From contig CAYFJW010000001.1 of assembly GCA_964343875.1 (NCBI GenBank), positions 81,345 to 145,344 of the forward strand: a DNA stretch of 64,000 nt, read 5' to 3'. Each line of letters opens with the position of its first letter. Position 1 is the stretch's first letter. The translations under genes were made by a program, and so were the position numbers. Below the pieces are notes generated by a model that saw only the letters and a list, made by a program, of their open reading frames with translations, ran no database searches and was not told where the DNA came from. The stretch comes from Candidatus Woesearchaeota archaeon (GTDB taxonomy: Archaea; Nanobdellota; Nanobdellia; SCGC-AAA011-G17; UBA489). Below, piece after piece: positions 1-9,593 of this stretch.

Positions 1-19
1 CAGTTGAGGTTGTTAAAAA

Positions 20-421
20 ATGAAAGCCCTAAATGCAAACATTCCAAAGTCATTGCCCCATAGAGCAAAGGTTATGGCATGTGACAATTCAGGAGCAAAG
101 ATAATTAGGATAATCTCTGTTAAAGGTTCAAAGACTGTGAAGGGCCGTAAACCTACTGCAAGGGTAGGAGACCTAGTGCTAGCATCAGTAATCAAAGGAA
201 CACCGGCGATGAGGAAACAAGTTGTTCCAGCAATAATCGTTAGACAAAAAATGCCTTACAAAAGACCAGACGGAACAAGAGTTTGTTTCGAAAGTAATGC
301 GGCAGTAATACTCAAGGATGAAAAAGGAACTCCAAAAGGAACAATATTCAAGGGACCTATCGCAAAGGAGGCAGCTACAAGATGGACAAGAATCTCAAAA
401 GTAGCTAGCATTGTGCTATAA
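20..421 (+). CDS. rpl14: 50S ribosomal protein uL14
   Basis: Translation MKALNANIPKSLPHRAKVMACDNSGAK... matches the uL14 family. It is the first gene of the spc-like ribosomal cluster. Confidence 0.9.
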   Translation: MKALNANIPKSLPHRAKVMACDNSGAKIIRIISVKGSKTVKGRKPTARVGDLVLASVIKGTPAMRKQVVPAIIVRQKMPYKRPDGTRVCFESNAAVILKDEKGTPKGTIFKGPIAKEAATRWTRISKVASIVL

Positions 422-422
422 G

Positions 423-830
423 ATGAAACAAGATTTTTCAACTGAATGGAGAGCAAGTAAAAACAGAAGAAAACAGAGAAAATTCATAGCTAATGCCCCA
501 TTACATCTTAGAGGAAGTTTCCTCAATACACAGTTATCAAAAACACTTTCAAAAAAACATGGGATCAGATCTATAAGGATAAGAAAAGGAGACAAAGTAA
601 AAATAACAACCGGACAACACAAGGGAAAGTCAGGCGCAATTGCAAAAGTTGATGTAAAAAATACAAAGGTCAACATTGAAACACTATTCACACTAAAAAG
701 AGACGGTTCAAAATCGTTTTATCCCATCCACCCATCAAATCTTCAAATACAAGAATTGAATATGGATGATAGAAGGAGAAACAAGAAAATAGAACCAACA
801 AAAACTAAGGAAGTTAAAGATAAAAAATGA
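423..830 (+). CDS. rpl24: 50S ribosomal protein uL24 (KOW domain)
   Basis: KOW-type motif GDKVKITTGQHKGKSGAIAKV. It sits between uL14 and eS4. The ATG at 423 is preferred over the TTG at 411 given in the ORF track. Confidence 0.85.
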   Translation: MKQDFSTEWRASKNRRKQRKFIANAPLHLRGSFLNTQLSKTLSKKHGIRSIRIRKGDKVKITTGQHKGKSGAIAKVDVKNTKVNIETLFTLKRDGSKSFYPIHPSNLQIQELNMDDRRRNKKIEPTKTKEVKDKK

Positions 831-1504
831 GTCATCAAAAACGAATAAGTTCATCAAAGAGAACACTTTTGGCTAGAAAGGGAACCACATTTGTCTCTTG
901 CCAGTCACCAGGACCTCATAGAAAGGCCGAATCCATGCCCCTGAACGTCGTAATCAGAGATATACTAAATTTAGTAGAAACCGGAAGAGAAGTAAAGAAA
1001 TCACTTAACGCGGGATTAATATTAGTAAACGGTGTTGCAAGAACAGACCACAGGTTCCCAATTGGTTTCCTTGATGAAATATCATTCACAACCTCAAAAG
1101 ATAGATACATCGTTGTATACAACACACTGGGCAAACTAGAATTAAAGAAACAAGAAAAAGACCATCCAAAGGCAATGAAGGTCATTGGTAAAAAAACATT
1201 GCAAAAAGGAAAAACCCAAGTTAACCTTCACACCGGGAAGAACATTTTGCTAGACAAAACAAAAGACTACACTGTTGGCGATAGTCTCATTGTTGATAAG
1301 AACAAAGTTGTAAAACATTTGAAATTTGAAAAAGGAGCAAAGGTATTTCTAACTTCAGGCAAACACGTTGGACACAATGGAGTTATTGAAGAAATAAAGA
1401 AAAACGAATCATGGTCGCAACCTAAAACAATTTTGGTTAAAACAAAGAAAGGTACATTTGAAACACTAAGAGAATGTGCATACGTTGTTGACGGAGAATT
1501 ATAA
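827..1504 (+). CDS. rps4e: 30S ribosomal protein eS4
   Basis: Length (225 aa), S4-like N-terminal region plus KOW region, and conserved operon position. Confidence 0.85.
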   Translation: MSHQKRISSSKRTLLARKGTTFVSCQSPGPHRKAESMPLNVVIRDILNLVETGREVKKSLNAGLILVNGVARTDHRFPIGFLDEISFTTSKDRYIVVYNTLGKLELKKQEKDHPKAMKVIGKKTLQKGKTQVNLHTGKNILLDKTKDYTVGDSLIVDKNKVVKHLKFEKGAKVFLTSGKHVGHNGVIEEIKKNESWSQPKTILVKTKKGTFETLRECAYVVDGEL

Positions 1505-2034
1505 TGCAAAAAACAGTTCAAGAAAACAAAATGAGAGAAATCTTCATAGAGAAGGTGACTCTTAACTGTGGAACAGGGGGACCTGGAGACAAACTAGAGA
1601 AATCTCTAAAACTTTTAGAGAAACTATCGGGCATGAAACCAATCAGCACAAAAGCAGGTCCAAACACAAGAATTCCGACATGGGGTGTTCGTCCTGGTCT
1701 TGAACTTGGTTGCAGAGTAACTACCCGTGGAAAGAAAGCAGGAGAGCTGTTAAAGCTGTTTATGAGTGCTAAGAAAAATAAGCTAAAAGAATCATCTTTT
1801 GATAACAATGGTAACTTTGCATTTGGAATTCATGAATATTTAGACATTCCATCCATCGAATATGATGCAGACATTGGGATCATTGGTTTTGAATTAGCAA
1901 TCACTCTCGCAAGGAAAGGCTTCAGAATAAGAAGAAGATCGCTTAGGAAAAGAAGTATTCCTGCAAAACACAAAATAAGCAAGGAAGATGCAATAAACTT
2001 TATGAAAAAGAATTATGGAGCCGAGATAGTATAA
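1504..2034 (+). CDS. rpl5: 50S ribosomal protein uL5
   Basis: MREIFIEKVTLNCGTGG... is typical of the uL5 N-terminus. Operon position fits. Confidence 0.88.
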   Translation: MQKTVQENKMREIFIEKVTLNCGTGGPGDKLEKSLKLLEKLSGMKPISTKAGPNTRIPTWGVRPGLELGCRVTTRGKKAGELLKLFMSAKKNKLKESSFDNNGNFAFGIHEYLDIPSIEYDADIGIIGFELAITLARKGFRIRRRSLRKRSIPAKHKISKEDAINFMKKNYGAEIV

Positions 2035-2035
2035 A

Positions 2036-2266
2036 ATGACAAAAAGTAGTTTCACAAAGATGTTCAAACAATTGAAGAGTAAGCCTGCTAAGTTGGCTAA
2101 ATACAAAAAGCACAACTCACCCAAGTTACGTTCATGCGGACACAACTTGAAGAAATGTAGGCGTTGCGGTTCAACTGCAGGACACATTCAGAAGTATAAC
2201 CTAAAACTTTGCAGGAGATGCTTCAGAGACATTGCAAAATCAATCGGATTCAAAAAATATAGCTGA
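2036..2266 (+). CDS. rps14: 30S ribosomal protein uS14 (zinc-binding type)
   Basis: A 76-aa basic protein with a CGHNLKKCRRCGS...CRRCFR C4 zinc motif. Confidence 0.88.
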   Translation: MTKSSFTKMFKQLKSKPAKLAKYKKHNSPKLRSCGHNLKKCRRCGSTAGHIQKYNLKLCRRCFRDIAKSIGFKKYS

Positions 2267-2275
2267 GGAAATAAA

Positions 2276-2665
2276 ATGTTAAACGACCCACTAGCAAACG
2301 TACTGAACGACATGAACATGGCTTCAATAGCTGGAAAGCCAGAGTGCATAGTTAAACCCGTATCAAAAATAATCACAAAAGTACTACAAATACTTCAAGA
2401 CCAAAAATACATTGGAAGTTTTGAGGTTGCAGATGACAAGAAAGCCGGTTTAATCAAAATAAACTTGATCGGTGCACTAAACAAATGCGGCGTAATCAAG
2501 CCACGTTTCCCAGTAAAACTAGATGACTACGAGAAATTTGAGAAGAGATACCTCCCGGCAAAGGATTTCGGCTTTATCATAGTTTCAACCTCACAAGGCA
2601 TAATGACCCACAATGAGGCTAAGGACAAAAAACTAGGAGGGAAGCTCCTCGCATATATTTACTAA
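2276..2665 (+). CDS. rps8: 30S ribosomal protein uS8
   Basis: MLNDPLANVLNDMNMA... N-terminus is typical of uS8. The C-terminal GGKLLAYIY fits the family. Confidence 0.88.
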   Translation: MLNDPLANVLNDMNMASIAGKPECIVKPVSKIITKVLQILQDQKYIGSFEVADDKKAGLIKINLIGALNKCGVIKPRFPVKLDDYEKFEKRYLPAKDFGFIIVSTSQGIMTHNEAKDKKLGGKLLAYIY

Positions 2666-2667
2666 AG

Positions 2668-3219
2668 ATGGAAAACAAAAAAGACAAAGGAATGAGTATC
2701 AAGATCGCCTTACCCGAAGGTACAACAGGAAACCTAGACGGAACAACCTTGACCATCAAAGGTTCTAACGGGGAAACAACCAGGGACTTCCTTAATCCAT
2801 TAGTAAACACCAAACTAAACAACAACGAAGTAGAGGTTTCAACCAAGTCTTCAAAAAGAAAGTTCACAAGAGAACTACACACTACTGAAGCCCACATTAA
2901 TAACATGATTCAAGGAGTCAAAGAAGGATTCACTTATGAATTAAAAATCTGTTCTGGACACTTCCCGATGACAGTTAAAAAAGAAGGAAACGAAGTTGTA
3001 ATTTCAAACTTCCTTGGAGAAAAAATCCCAAGGAGATCAAAAATAATTGAAGGCGTTGACCTTGAAATAAAAGGAGACGCAATCACAGTTAAATCACCAT
3101 GCATAGAGAAGGCAGGACAAACTGCAGCAAACCTAGAACATGCAACATTCATCAAGAAAAGAGATAGACGTGTTTTCCAGGATGGTTGTTACATAATCTC
3201 AAAACCACAACAAAAATGA
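2668..3219 (+). CDS. rpl6: 50S ribosomal protein uL6
   Basis: Two-domain uL6-like sequence of 183 aa in the expected operon position. Confidence 0.85.
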   Translation: MENKKDKGMSIKIALPEGTTGNLDGTTLTIKGSNGETTRDFLNPLVNTKLNNNEVEVSTKSSKRKFTRELHTTEAHINNMIQGVKEGFTYELKICSGHFPMTVKKEGNEVVISNFLGEKIPRRSKIIEGVDLEIKGDAITVKSPCIEKAGQTAANLEHATFIKKRDRRVFQDGCYIISKPQQK

Positions 3220-3788
3220 AAGAATTACTAAAAATAAGGAACACTGCAAAGGCAAAGAAGCCGACTTTCCTTAAACAGGATGCTCACCGCCTAGCAAAAC
3301 TAAGTGAAAACTGGAGACAACCAAAAGGGCAACATTCCAAACTAAGAAAGAAACTTAGAAGCTACAGAAGGCATCCTTCAATGGGATTTTCATCCCCTAA
3401 GGCTGTAAGGGGCCTAACCAGAGAAGGTCATGAATTAATCATAATCAACAATATTTCAGAACTAGAGGGAGTAAAAACTCCAATTGTGATTGGAGGATCT
3501 GTTGGCGACAGAAAAAGACTTGAAATCATAAAGAAATGTAATGAAAACAAAATTGAAGTCCTCAACATAAAGGATGTTAATGCCTACGTAAAAAATATTG
3601 AAGATGCAATGAAGAAAAAGAAAGAAGAAATAAAGAAAAGACATGATAAGAGAGCAAAGAAAGAAGCAGAAAAGAAGAAAGAAAATGAATCCAAAGAGAA
3701 AAAAGATGATAAAAAAGAAGTAGACACAGAAAAAGAAAAGAAGAAAACAGAAGAAGAAAAGAAGAAAATATTGGAGAAGAAGAATTAG
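3216..3788 (+). CDS. rpl32e: 50S ribosomal protein eL32 with a ~70-aa Lys/Glu-rich C-terminal extension
   Basis: Core KLRKKLRSYRRHPSMGFSSPKAVRGL is eL32-like. The tail KKKKEEIKKRHDKRAKKEAEKKKENESKEKKDD... is low-complexity. The ATG at 3216 overlaps the uL6 stop. Confidence 0.8.
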   Translation: MKELLKIRNTAKAKKPTFLKQDAHRLAKLSENWRQPKGQHSKLRKKLRSYRRHPSMGFSSPKAVRGLTREGHELIIINNISELEGVKTPIVIGGSVGDRKRLEIIKKCNENKIEVLNIKDVNAYVKNIEDAMKKKKEEIKKRHDKRAKKEAEKKKENESKEKKDDKKEVDTEKEKKKTEEEKKKILEKKN

Positions 3789-3794
3789 TAAAAA

Positions 3795-4244
3795 ATGAAC
3801 TTATCAAATAAGAAAAGAATTGCATCAAATGTTATGAAGTGTGGTGCAAACAAAGTAAAGTTCGACATTACTAGCCTGCAATCCATAAAAGAAGCAATCA
3901 CAAAGTCAGATATTCGTGCTTTAGTAAAAGACAAAGTAATAAAGAAAAAACCGGACACTGGCGTTTCACGTTCAAGAGCAAGACAAATACTAAAACAAAA
4001 AAGGAAAGGAAGAAGGACCGGACCAGGAAGAAAGAGCGGAACTCACAAAGCAAGATTGCCACAAAAGAAAGAATGGATGAACAAAATAAGAGCAATCAGA
4101 GACCTACTAAAAACATTAAGACAAAAAGAAGTAATCGACGCAAGGGTTTACAGGCTACTCTATAGAAAGGCAAAAGGTGGATACTTCAGAAGCAGAAGAC
4201 ACATCAAATTATACATCGAGGAGCACAATCTAGCTAAAAAATGA
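3795..4244 (+). CDS. rpl19e: 50S ribosomal protein eL19
   Basis: MNLSNKKRIASNVMKCGANKVKFD... is typical of eL19. Confidence 0.88.
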   Translation: MNLSNKKRIASNVMKCGANKVKFDITSLQSIKEAITKSDIRALVKDKVIKKKPDTGVSRSRARQILKQKRKGRRTGPGRKSGTHKARLPQKKEWMNKIRAIRDLLKTLRQKEVIDARVYRLLYRKAKGGYFRSRRHIKLYIEEHNLAKK

Positions 4245-4750
4245 AAAAATTAGTCAAGAGAGGACTTCCCTACAAAAGGAAGCTTGAAGGAAGAACGGAC
4301 TACTTAGCAAGGCTAAACCTACTAAAATCAGGTAAACCAAGACTAGTTGTAAGAAGATCATTAAGAAACATAATAATACAGTTTGTAGAATTCAAACCAG
4401 ATGGAGATAAAATAGTTTCTTCAACATCCTCCAAAGAATTAACAAAAACATACAACTTAAAGGGATCCCTAAAGAATATCCCAGCTACATACCTGACAGG
4501 TCTACTTGCAGGTAAGAAAGCGGCGAAATTAAAGATCACAGAAGTTGTTCCGGATTTAGGAATTAGAAAACCTCACACTGGCGGAGCAGTTTTTGCAGCA
4601 TTAAAAGGAATAATTGATTCAGGAATAAAGATTTCACACAAAGCAGACTCAGATGAAAAATCTGTGTTCCCTTCCGAAGAAAGATTAAAGGGGGATCATG
4701 TTAAAGTAAAAAACGATTATGAGGGAATAAAAGCCAAGATAACAAAATGA
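4241..4750 (+). CDS. rpl18: 50S ribosomal protein uL18
   Basis: KRKLEGRTDYLARLNLLKSGKPRLVVRRSLRNI motif of uL18. Confidence 0.88.
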   Translation: MKKLVKRGLPYKRKLEGRTDYLARLNLLKSGKPRLVVRRSLRNIIIQFVEFKPDGDKIVSSTSSKELTKTYNLKGSLKNIPATYLTGLLAGKKAAKLKITEVVPDLGIRKPHTGGAVFAALKGIIDSGIKISHKADSDEKSVFPSEERLKGDHVKVKNDYEGIKAKITK

Positions 4751-5547
4751 CAGAAACAAAACCAACGGAAGAAGTAAAAGAAGCACCGGTAGCAGCACCG
4801 GTAGCCGATAAAACAGAATCAAATATGCCTCGTGGTGTCTCAAGAGAGAGAGCATTTGATATTGAGAGTTGGAAACCCGTTACAAGAATCGGTAAGCTTG
4901 TCAAGGCAGGAAAGATAACAGACATAGATGAAATATTAGATCAAGGTCAAACAATCTTGGAAGCAGAGATTGTTGATGCACTATTGCCCACACTAAAATC
5001 CGATTTACTTTCAATTGGTCAATCAAAAGGTAAGTTTGGTGGTGGTAAAAGAAGCATCTGGAGACAAACGCAAAAGAAAACAAGAGAGGGAAACAAACCA
5101 AGCTTTTCAGCACTCGCAGTTGTTGGTAACAATGATGGCTATGTTGGGATCGGTATGGGCAAGGCTAGAGAGACCGTTCCAGCAAGAGAAAAAGCAACCC
5201 GGCAAGCTAAGCTAAACATAATCAAAATCAGAAGGGGTTCAGGCTCTTGGGAGTCCGCAGAACCTAAACCCACCTCAATCCCATTTGCAGTTGAAGGTAA
5301 ATGCGGTTCAGTTAAGATGAAATTAATGCCTGCACCACAAGGAAAGGGATTAGTTGTTGAGAAAGAGTGTAAAAGAATCTTAACTATGGCAGGGATACAA
5401 GATGTTTATTCAAAAACAACAGGTCACGTAGGTACAAAAATTAACTTACTTCATGCATGTTTTGAAGCACTTAAACAATTATCAAAGGTTAAAATTCAAA
5501 CCCAACACAAAACACAATTAGGTATTGTAGAGGGATCAAAACTTTAA
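4747..5547 (+). CDS. rps5: 30S ribosomal protein uS5
   Basis: S5 dsRBD and C-terminal domain (GKFGGGKRS...VVGNNDGYVGIGMGKA) with an alanine/proline-rich N-terminal extension. Confidence 0.88.
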   Translation: MTETKPTEEVKEAPVAAPVADKTESNMPRGVSRERAFDIESWKPVTRIGKLVKAGKITDIDEILDQGQTILEAEIVDALLPTLKSDLLSIGQSKGKFGGGKRSIWRQTQKKTREGNKPSFSALAVVGNNDGYVGIGMGKARETVPAREKATRQAKLNIIKIRRGSGSWESAEPKPTSIPFAVEGKCGSVKMKLMPAPQGKGLVVEKECKRILTMAGIQDVYSKTTGHVGTKINLLHACFEALKQLSKVKIQTQHKTQLGIVEGSKL

Positions 5548-5548
5548 G

Positions 5549-6028
5549 ATGGCAGAAACCAAAAGAATAGCAGTAATCAGGGTTAAAGGTAAGCCTGGAA
5601 TGAAACATGACGTTAAGTCTACTTTCGAAAAGTTAAGACTATACAACAAAAACACCTGTGTTATTATTTCAAACACACCTGCATTCATTGGTATGCTGGA
5701 AAAAATAAAGAATGATGCAACTTGGGGAGAAATTGATGAAAAAACTTGCACAGAATTACTATCAAAAAGAGGAAAACTTCCAGGGAATAAACCACTAACC
5801 AACGAATACATAAAAACAAAAGTAAAATCCGATATCGCAACATTCTCAAAAGACTTTATGGCTTTCAAAAAAGAAATAAAAGATGTGCCAGGACTAAAAA
5901 ACTTCTTCAGATTAAATCCTCCAAGGAAAGGGTTTGAAAGGAAAGGAATAAAGGTTCCTTTTGCACAAGGCGGAGTTCTTGGCTACAGAATGAATAAAAT
6001 TAATGATTTACTAACGAGGATGCTCTGA
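5549..6028 (+). CDS. rpl30: 50S ribosomal protein uL30
   Basis: IAVIRVKGKPGMKHDVKSTFEKLRLYNKNTCVI is uL30-like. Operon position fits. Confidence 0.85.
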   Translation: MAETKRIAVIRVKGKPGMKHDVKSTFEKLRLYNKNTCVIISNTPAFIGMLEKIKNDATWGEIDEKTCTELLSKRGKLPGNKPLTNEYIKTKVKSDIATFSKDFMAFKKEIKDVPGLKNFFRLNPPRKGFERKGIKVPFAQGGVLGYRMNKINDLLTRML

Positions 6029-6453
6029 TGACAGTTAAAAGACAAAAGAAGGACAAGAAGTATCGAGGAAGCAACACTCACGGGGGAGGATCACATAAGA
6101 AAAGACGTGGTTCCGGTAACCGTGGAGGTTATGGTAACGCAGGTACTGGTAAAAGAGCAGACCACAGAAAATTCACAATTCTAAAAAAATTCGGACTTTC
6201 TTATTTGGGTAAAACCGGATTCCACAGAAAAACTTCAATAAAGGTCAAAACAATAAACATTTGCGACTTACCAGAAACACCAAAAATAAACCTAAAAGAA
6301 CTAGGATATAATAAACTATTAGGAAAAGGAACTCCGAAAGTAAAATACGAAATAACAGTTGATACTTGCTCAGAAAAGGCTAAATTAAAAATAGAAAAGA
6401 GTGGAGGAAAGGTTAACATCTTGTCTCCCGTAGAAGAGCCAAAAGAGCAATAG
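6028..6453 (+). CDS. rpl15: 50S ribosomal protein uL15
   Basis: Gly-rich RGSGNRGGYGNAGTGKRADHRK motif of uL15. Confidence 0.88.
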   Translation: MTVKRQKKDKKYRGSNTHGGGSHKKRRGSGNRGGYGNAGTGKRADHRKFTILKKFGLSYLGKTGFHRKTSIKVKTINICDLPETPKINLKELGYNKLLGKGTPKVKYEITVDTCSEKAKLKIEKSGGKVNILSPVEEPKEQ

Positions 6454-6487
6454 AATATATTAAAAATAAAAACATCAGTGAATCACT

Positions 6488-7894
6488 ATGGGTTTTTTTG
6501 AAAAAGTAGCGAATATCTTCCCCGAAGTTAGAGGTCCTTCTGAAAAGAGGCTTGGGTTTAAGACTAAACTTAAGTGGACACTCCTAATTTTGGTCGCATT
6601 CTTTGTTTTATCGGTTATACCATTATATGGTCTAGGACAAAATGCTCTTTCTCAATTCGAATCACTATCTATTATCTTGGGAGCTAGTTTTGGTTCAATT
6701 ATGTCCCTTGGTATTGGACCAATCGTAACAGCATCCATCGTACTTCAATTATTAACAGGTTCAGGTATTCTAAAAATAGATACAACGACCCCAGAAGGTA
6801 AATCCTTTTTCCAAGGTTTACAAAAAGTAATGACAATTTTCTTCATTGTATTTGAAGCCTTTATCTACGTATTTCTGGGTGGTTTAGCACCGGCTGCAGA
6901 ACTACTAGGAACTTCAGCCTATCCTTTAATGCAATTAATGTTAGTATTCCAATTAATTTTAGGTGGAATGATGGTACTATATATGGACCAAGTTATCAAC
7001 AAATATGGGTTCGGTTCAGGTGTATCGCTCTTCATCGCAGCAGGTGTATCCAGCTCAATATTTGTAAGGGCCTTCTCTCCATTAAATAGTGTTGGAGCCT
7101 GGGCATTTGGTTCAGGACAAGCTCCGATTGGACAAGTATGGGTATTCTTCCAGTCATTAATGAATAGGAACCCACTAGGAGCAGGACTTGCATTAGCCGC
7201 AATACTTGCAACAATATTTGTATTTGCGTTCTCAGTTTACGCACAAGCAATGAAAATAGAGATACCTCTATCTTTCGGACGTGTTAGAGGACATGGAATA
7301 CGTTGGCCACTAAAATTCCTATACACTTCCAACATTCCAGTTATTTTGACAGCAGCATTGCTAGCAAATATCCAATTGTGGGCGAGATTGTTAGAAAGCT
7401 GGGGTAAGCCTATATTAGGCACCTTTGTTGGTAACACTCCTGCATCAGGGTTTGTATTATGGGTATTCCCACCAAATATTGTACAGGGGATTATTACAAG
7501 TTCAATTGCCCCGATTGATTTTGCACACGCAGCGGTTTACATGTTATTAATGATAGGCGGAGCAGTATTATTTTCCATTTTCTGGGTTCAAACTTCAGGG
7601 ATGGATGCTGCAGCACAAGCAAAGCAGATGATGTCTTCAGGACTACAAATCCCTGGATTTAGAAGAGACCCAAGAGTACTTGAGGCAATCTTAAATAGGT
7701 ATATTCCTTCCTTAACAATACTTGGAGGTATTGCAATTGGTGTCCTTGCCGCATCGGCAGACTTAATGGGCGCACTTGCAAACGGTACAGGTATATTGCT
7801 GGCAGTTATGATCATCTACAAGTTGTATGAAGAAGTTGCACAACAACACATGATGGACATGCATCCTGCATTAAGAAAGATGATGGAAAAATAA
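6488..7894 (+). CDS. secY: Protein translocase subunit SecY
   Basis: A 468-aa polytopic membrane protein immediately after uL15. SecY-like plug and TM2 region. Confidence 0.9.
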   Translation: MGFFEKVANIFPEVRGPSEKRLGFKTKLKWTLLILVAFFVLSVIPLYGLGQNALSQFESLSIILGASFGSIMSLGIGPIVTASIVLQLLTGSGILKIDTTTPEGKSFFQGLQKVMTIFFIVFEAFIYVFLGGLAPAAELLGTSAYPLMQLMLVFQLILGGMMVLYMDQVINKYGFGSGVSLFIAAGVSSSIFVRAFSPLNSVGAWAFGSGQAPIGQVWVFFQSLMNRNPLGAGLALAAILATIFVFAFSVYAQAMKIEIPLSFGRVRGHGIRWPLKFLYTSNIPVILTAALLANIQLWARLLESWGKPILGTFVGNTPASGFVLWVFPPNIVQGIITSSIAPIDFAHAAVYMLLMIGGAVLFSIFWVQTSGMDAAAQAKQMMSSGLQIPGFRRDPRVLEAILNRYIPSLTILGGIAIGVLAASADLMGALANGTGILLAVMIIYKLYEEVAQQHMMDMHPALRKMMEK

Positions 7895-7895
7895 G

Positions 7896-8363
7896 ATGGT
7901 GTTAGAGAGTTTATTCGATTGGATGTTTGCTCCACTAATGAGGTTTGGTCCTGGTTGGGGCGTTATTTTAATTTCATTAATACTAACAGTTTTCATCAAT
8001 ATATTCTATAAATTATTCACAGATCAAGAAGTAATGAAAGAACTAAAGACTGAATTAAAATCCTTACAAAAAGAGCTGAAGACTCTCAAAGACCAACCAG
8101 ACAAATTCTTAAAAGTTCAGAAAGAGGCAATGTCCAAGAACTTAATCTACATGAAGCATAGCATGAAGCCAACACTAATTACTTTTGTTCCATTGATTAT
8201 TATCTTTGGATGGTTAAGATCCACATTCCATGAAGCAGGAGATATTGTTTCTTGGGGCTTCCACTTTCCTTTATTTGGAACAGGCTTAGGTTGGTTAGGA
8301 ACGTATTTCTTCTCAGCAATAATCTTTAGCATAGTTATCAGAAGAGTTATGAAAATCCATTAA
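7896..8363 (+). CDS. DUF106/EMC3-TMCO1-like membrane protein (archaeal Oxa1/YidC-like insertase)
   Basis: 155 aa with three TM segments and a central coiled coil (KELKTELKSLQKELKTLKDQ). It has the conserved archaeal position downstream of secY. Confidence 0.6.
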   Translation: MVLESLFDWMFAPLMRFGPGWGVILISLILTVFINIFYKLFTDQEVMKELKTELKSLQKELKTLKDQPDKFLKVQKEAMSKNLIYMKHSMKPTLITFVPLIIIFGWLRSTFHEAGDIVSWGFHFPLFGTGLGWLGTYFFSAIIFSIVIRRVMKIH

Positions 8364-8422
8364 AATGCCCCTCTAGAACACCCAAAAACCTTTTAAATTA
8401 AATTCTAGGAATAGACCTTACA

Positions 8423-8698
8423 ATGACGAGAAAATCTCTAAAATCTAACTCCTTAAGAAAGAACGTCCAGAGGCTTCCTGGCGGAAGATTAAAGACAGCA
8501 AGTTCAAGAAAAAAGAGATCTAGGTTAAAATGCGCTGTAACAGGAAAACCACTTAGCGGTGTTCCAAGGGTTAAAAGTTCAGCAGCAAGAAGGATAGAAA
8601 AATCAAAAAGAGCGCCAAATAGGCCATACGGGGGAGTTCTAAATCCAAGCGTAACAAAAAGAATGTTCATAAAAAGAGCGAGGGGAGAAAATGCTTGA
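8423..8698 (+). CDS. rpl34e: 50S ribosomal protein eL34
   Basis: RSRLKCAVTGKPLSGVPRV is the eL34 zinc-ribbon-like motif. The protein is basic and 91 aa long. Confidence 0.8.
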   Translation: MTRKSLKSNSLRKNVQRLPGGRLKTASSRKKRSRLKCAVTGKPLSGVPRVKSSAARRIEKSKRAPNRPYGGVLNPSVTKRMFIKRARGENA

Positions 8699-9092
8699 AG
8701 TTGGAAGATTATGCTATAAAACATCTGGAAGAGATGCAGGTCAAAGAGCAGTTGTAGTTGAAAACATAGATGCTAAATTTGTATTAATTGATGGGCAAAC
8801 AAGAAGAAGAAAGTGTTCTGTTTCACATCTAGAACCTACAGAAGTTGTATTAGCAATAAAGAAGGGGGCATCACATAAAGATGTTGTTTCAGCATTCAAG
8901 AAAATAAAAATAACTCTAAAAGAGACCAAACCAAAGAAACCAAAAGATAGATTAAAAAAAGTAAGAAAATCATCCTTAAAAGAAAAGAAACCAAAAGAAG
9001 TCAAGCCCAAGGAAATCAAAAAAGAGAAGAAAGTAAAACCAAAAAAAGAAGCCAAAAAAGTAAAAAAGGTTGTAAAGAAAACAAAAAAATAA
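8691..9092 (+). CDS. rpl14e: 50S ribosomal protein eL14 (KOW) with a Lys-rich tail
   Basis: GRLCYKTSGRDAGQRAVVV KOW motif, followed by a Lys-rich tail (KPKKPKDRLKK...). Follows eL34 as in many archaea, but no cmk lies between them. Confidence 0.75.
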   Translation: MLEVGRLCYKTSGRDAGQRAVVVENIDAKFVLIDGQTRRRKCSVSHLEPTEVVLAIKKGASHKDVVSAFKKIKITLKETKPKKPKDRLKKVRKSSLKEKKPKEVKPKEIKKEKKVKPKKEAKKVKKVVKKTKK

Positions 9093-9099
9093 TTCTAAG

Positions 9100-9537
9100 A
9101 TGTCAGAAGAAAAACTAAAAGAAAAATACATGGAATTCCAAATGCTAGAACAATCCCTAGCACAACTAAATCAAAGAAAGGCTACAATTGAAAACCAAAT
9201 AAACGAATTCTCAGCACTTCAAGAAAGTTTAGACAATCTAAAGAACTCAGAAAACAACAGCCCAATGTATTCTCCACTAGGTTCAGGAGTATTCATCAAA
9301 TCCGAATTAAAAGATACCAAAAATGTCCTAGTTAACATTGGATCAAATATAGCAGTAGAACGTTCAATTGAAGAGTCAAAGAAACTAGTAGACAAACAAA
9401 TGTCCGAGCTAAAGGAGATCATATCAAAACTAGAAAAAGAAATTAATGACGGCCTTAAAAAAGGAAATGAACTAAACACAGAGCTAGCTAAACTGGCTCC
9501 AAAAGACCATGTTCACGGTCCAAACTGCAAGCATTAA
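9100..9537 (+). CDS. pfdA: Prefoldin alpha subunit
   Basis: Coiled coil, beta hairpins (PLGSGVFIKSEL...VLVNIGSNIAVERSIEES), coiled coil. Confidence 0.65.
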   Translation: MSEEKLKEKYMEFQMLEQSLAQLNQRKATIENQINEFSALQESLDNLKNSENNSPMYSPLGSGVFIKSELKDTKNVLVNIGSNIAVERSIEESKKLVDKQMSELKEIISKLEKEINDGLKKGNELNTELAKLAPKDHVHGPNCKH

Positions 9538-9593
9538 AAGCACATACCTTCTAAACGCATAATCTATTTAAACCGCCCTAGGATCCATATCCC

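Noticed and set aside
13-8332. Numerous 60-100-aa ORFs antisense to the ribosomal-protein and secY genes (e.g. 13-195, 256-456, 416-691, 916-1185, 7032-7250)
   Set aside because: All overlap strongly supported conserved genes on the opposite strand. They have Phe/Leu/Ser-rich antisense composition and no independent signals.
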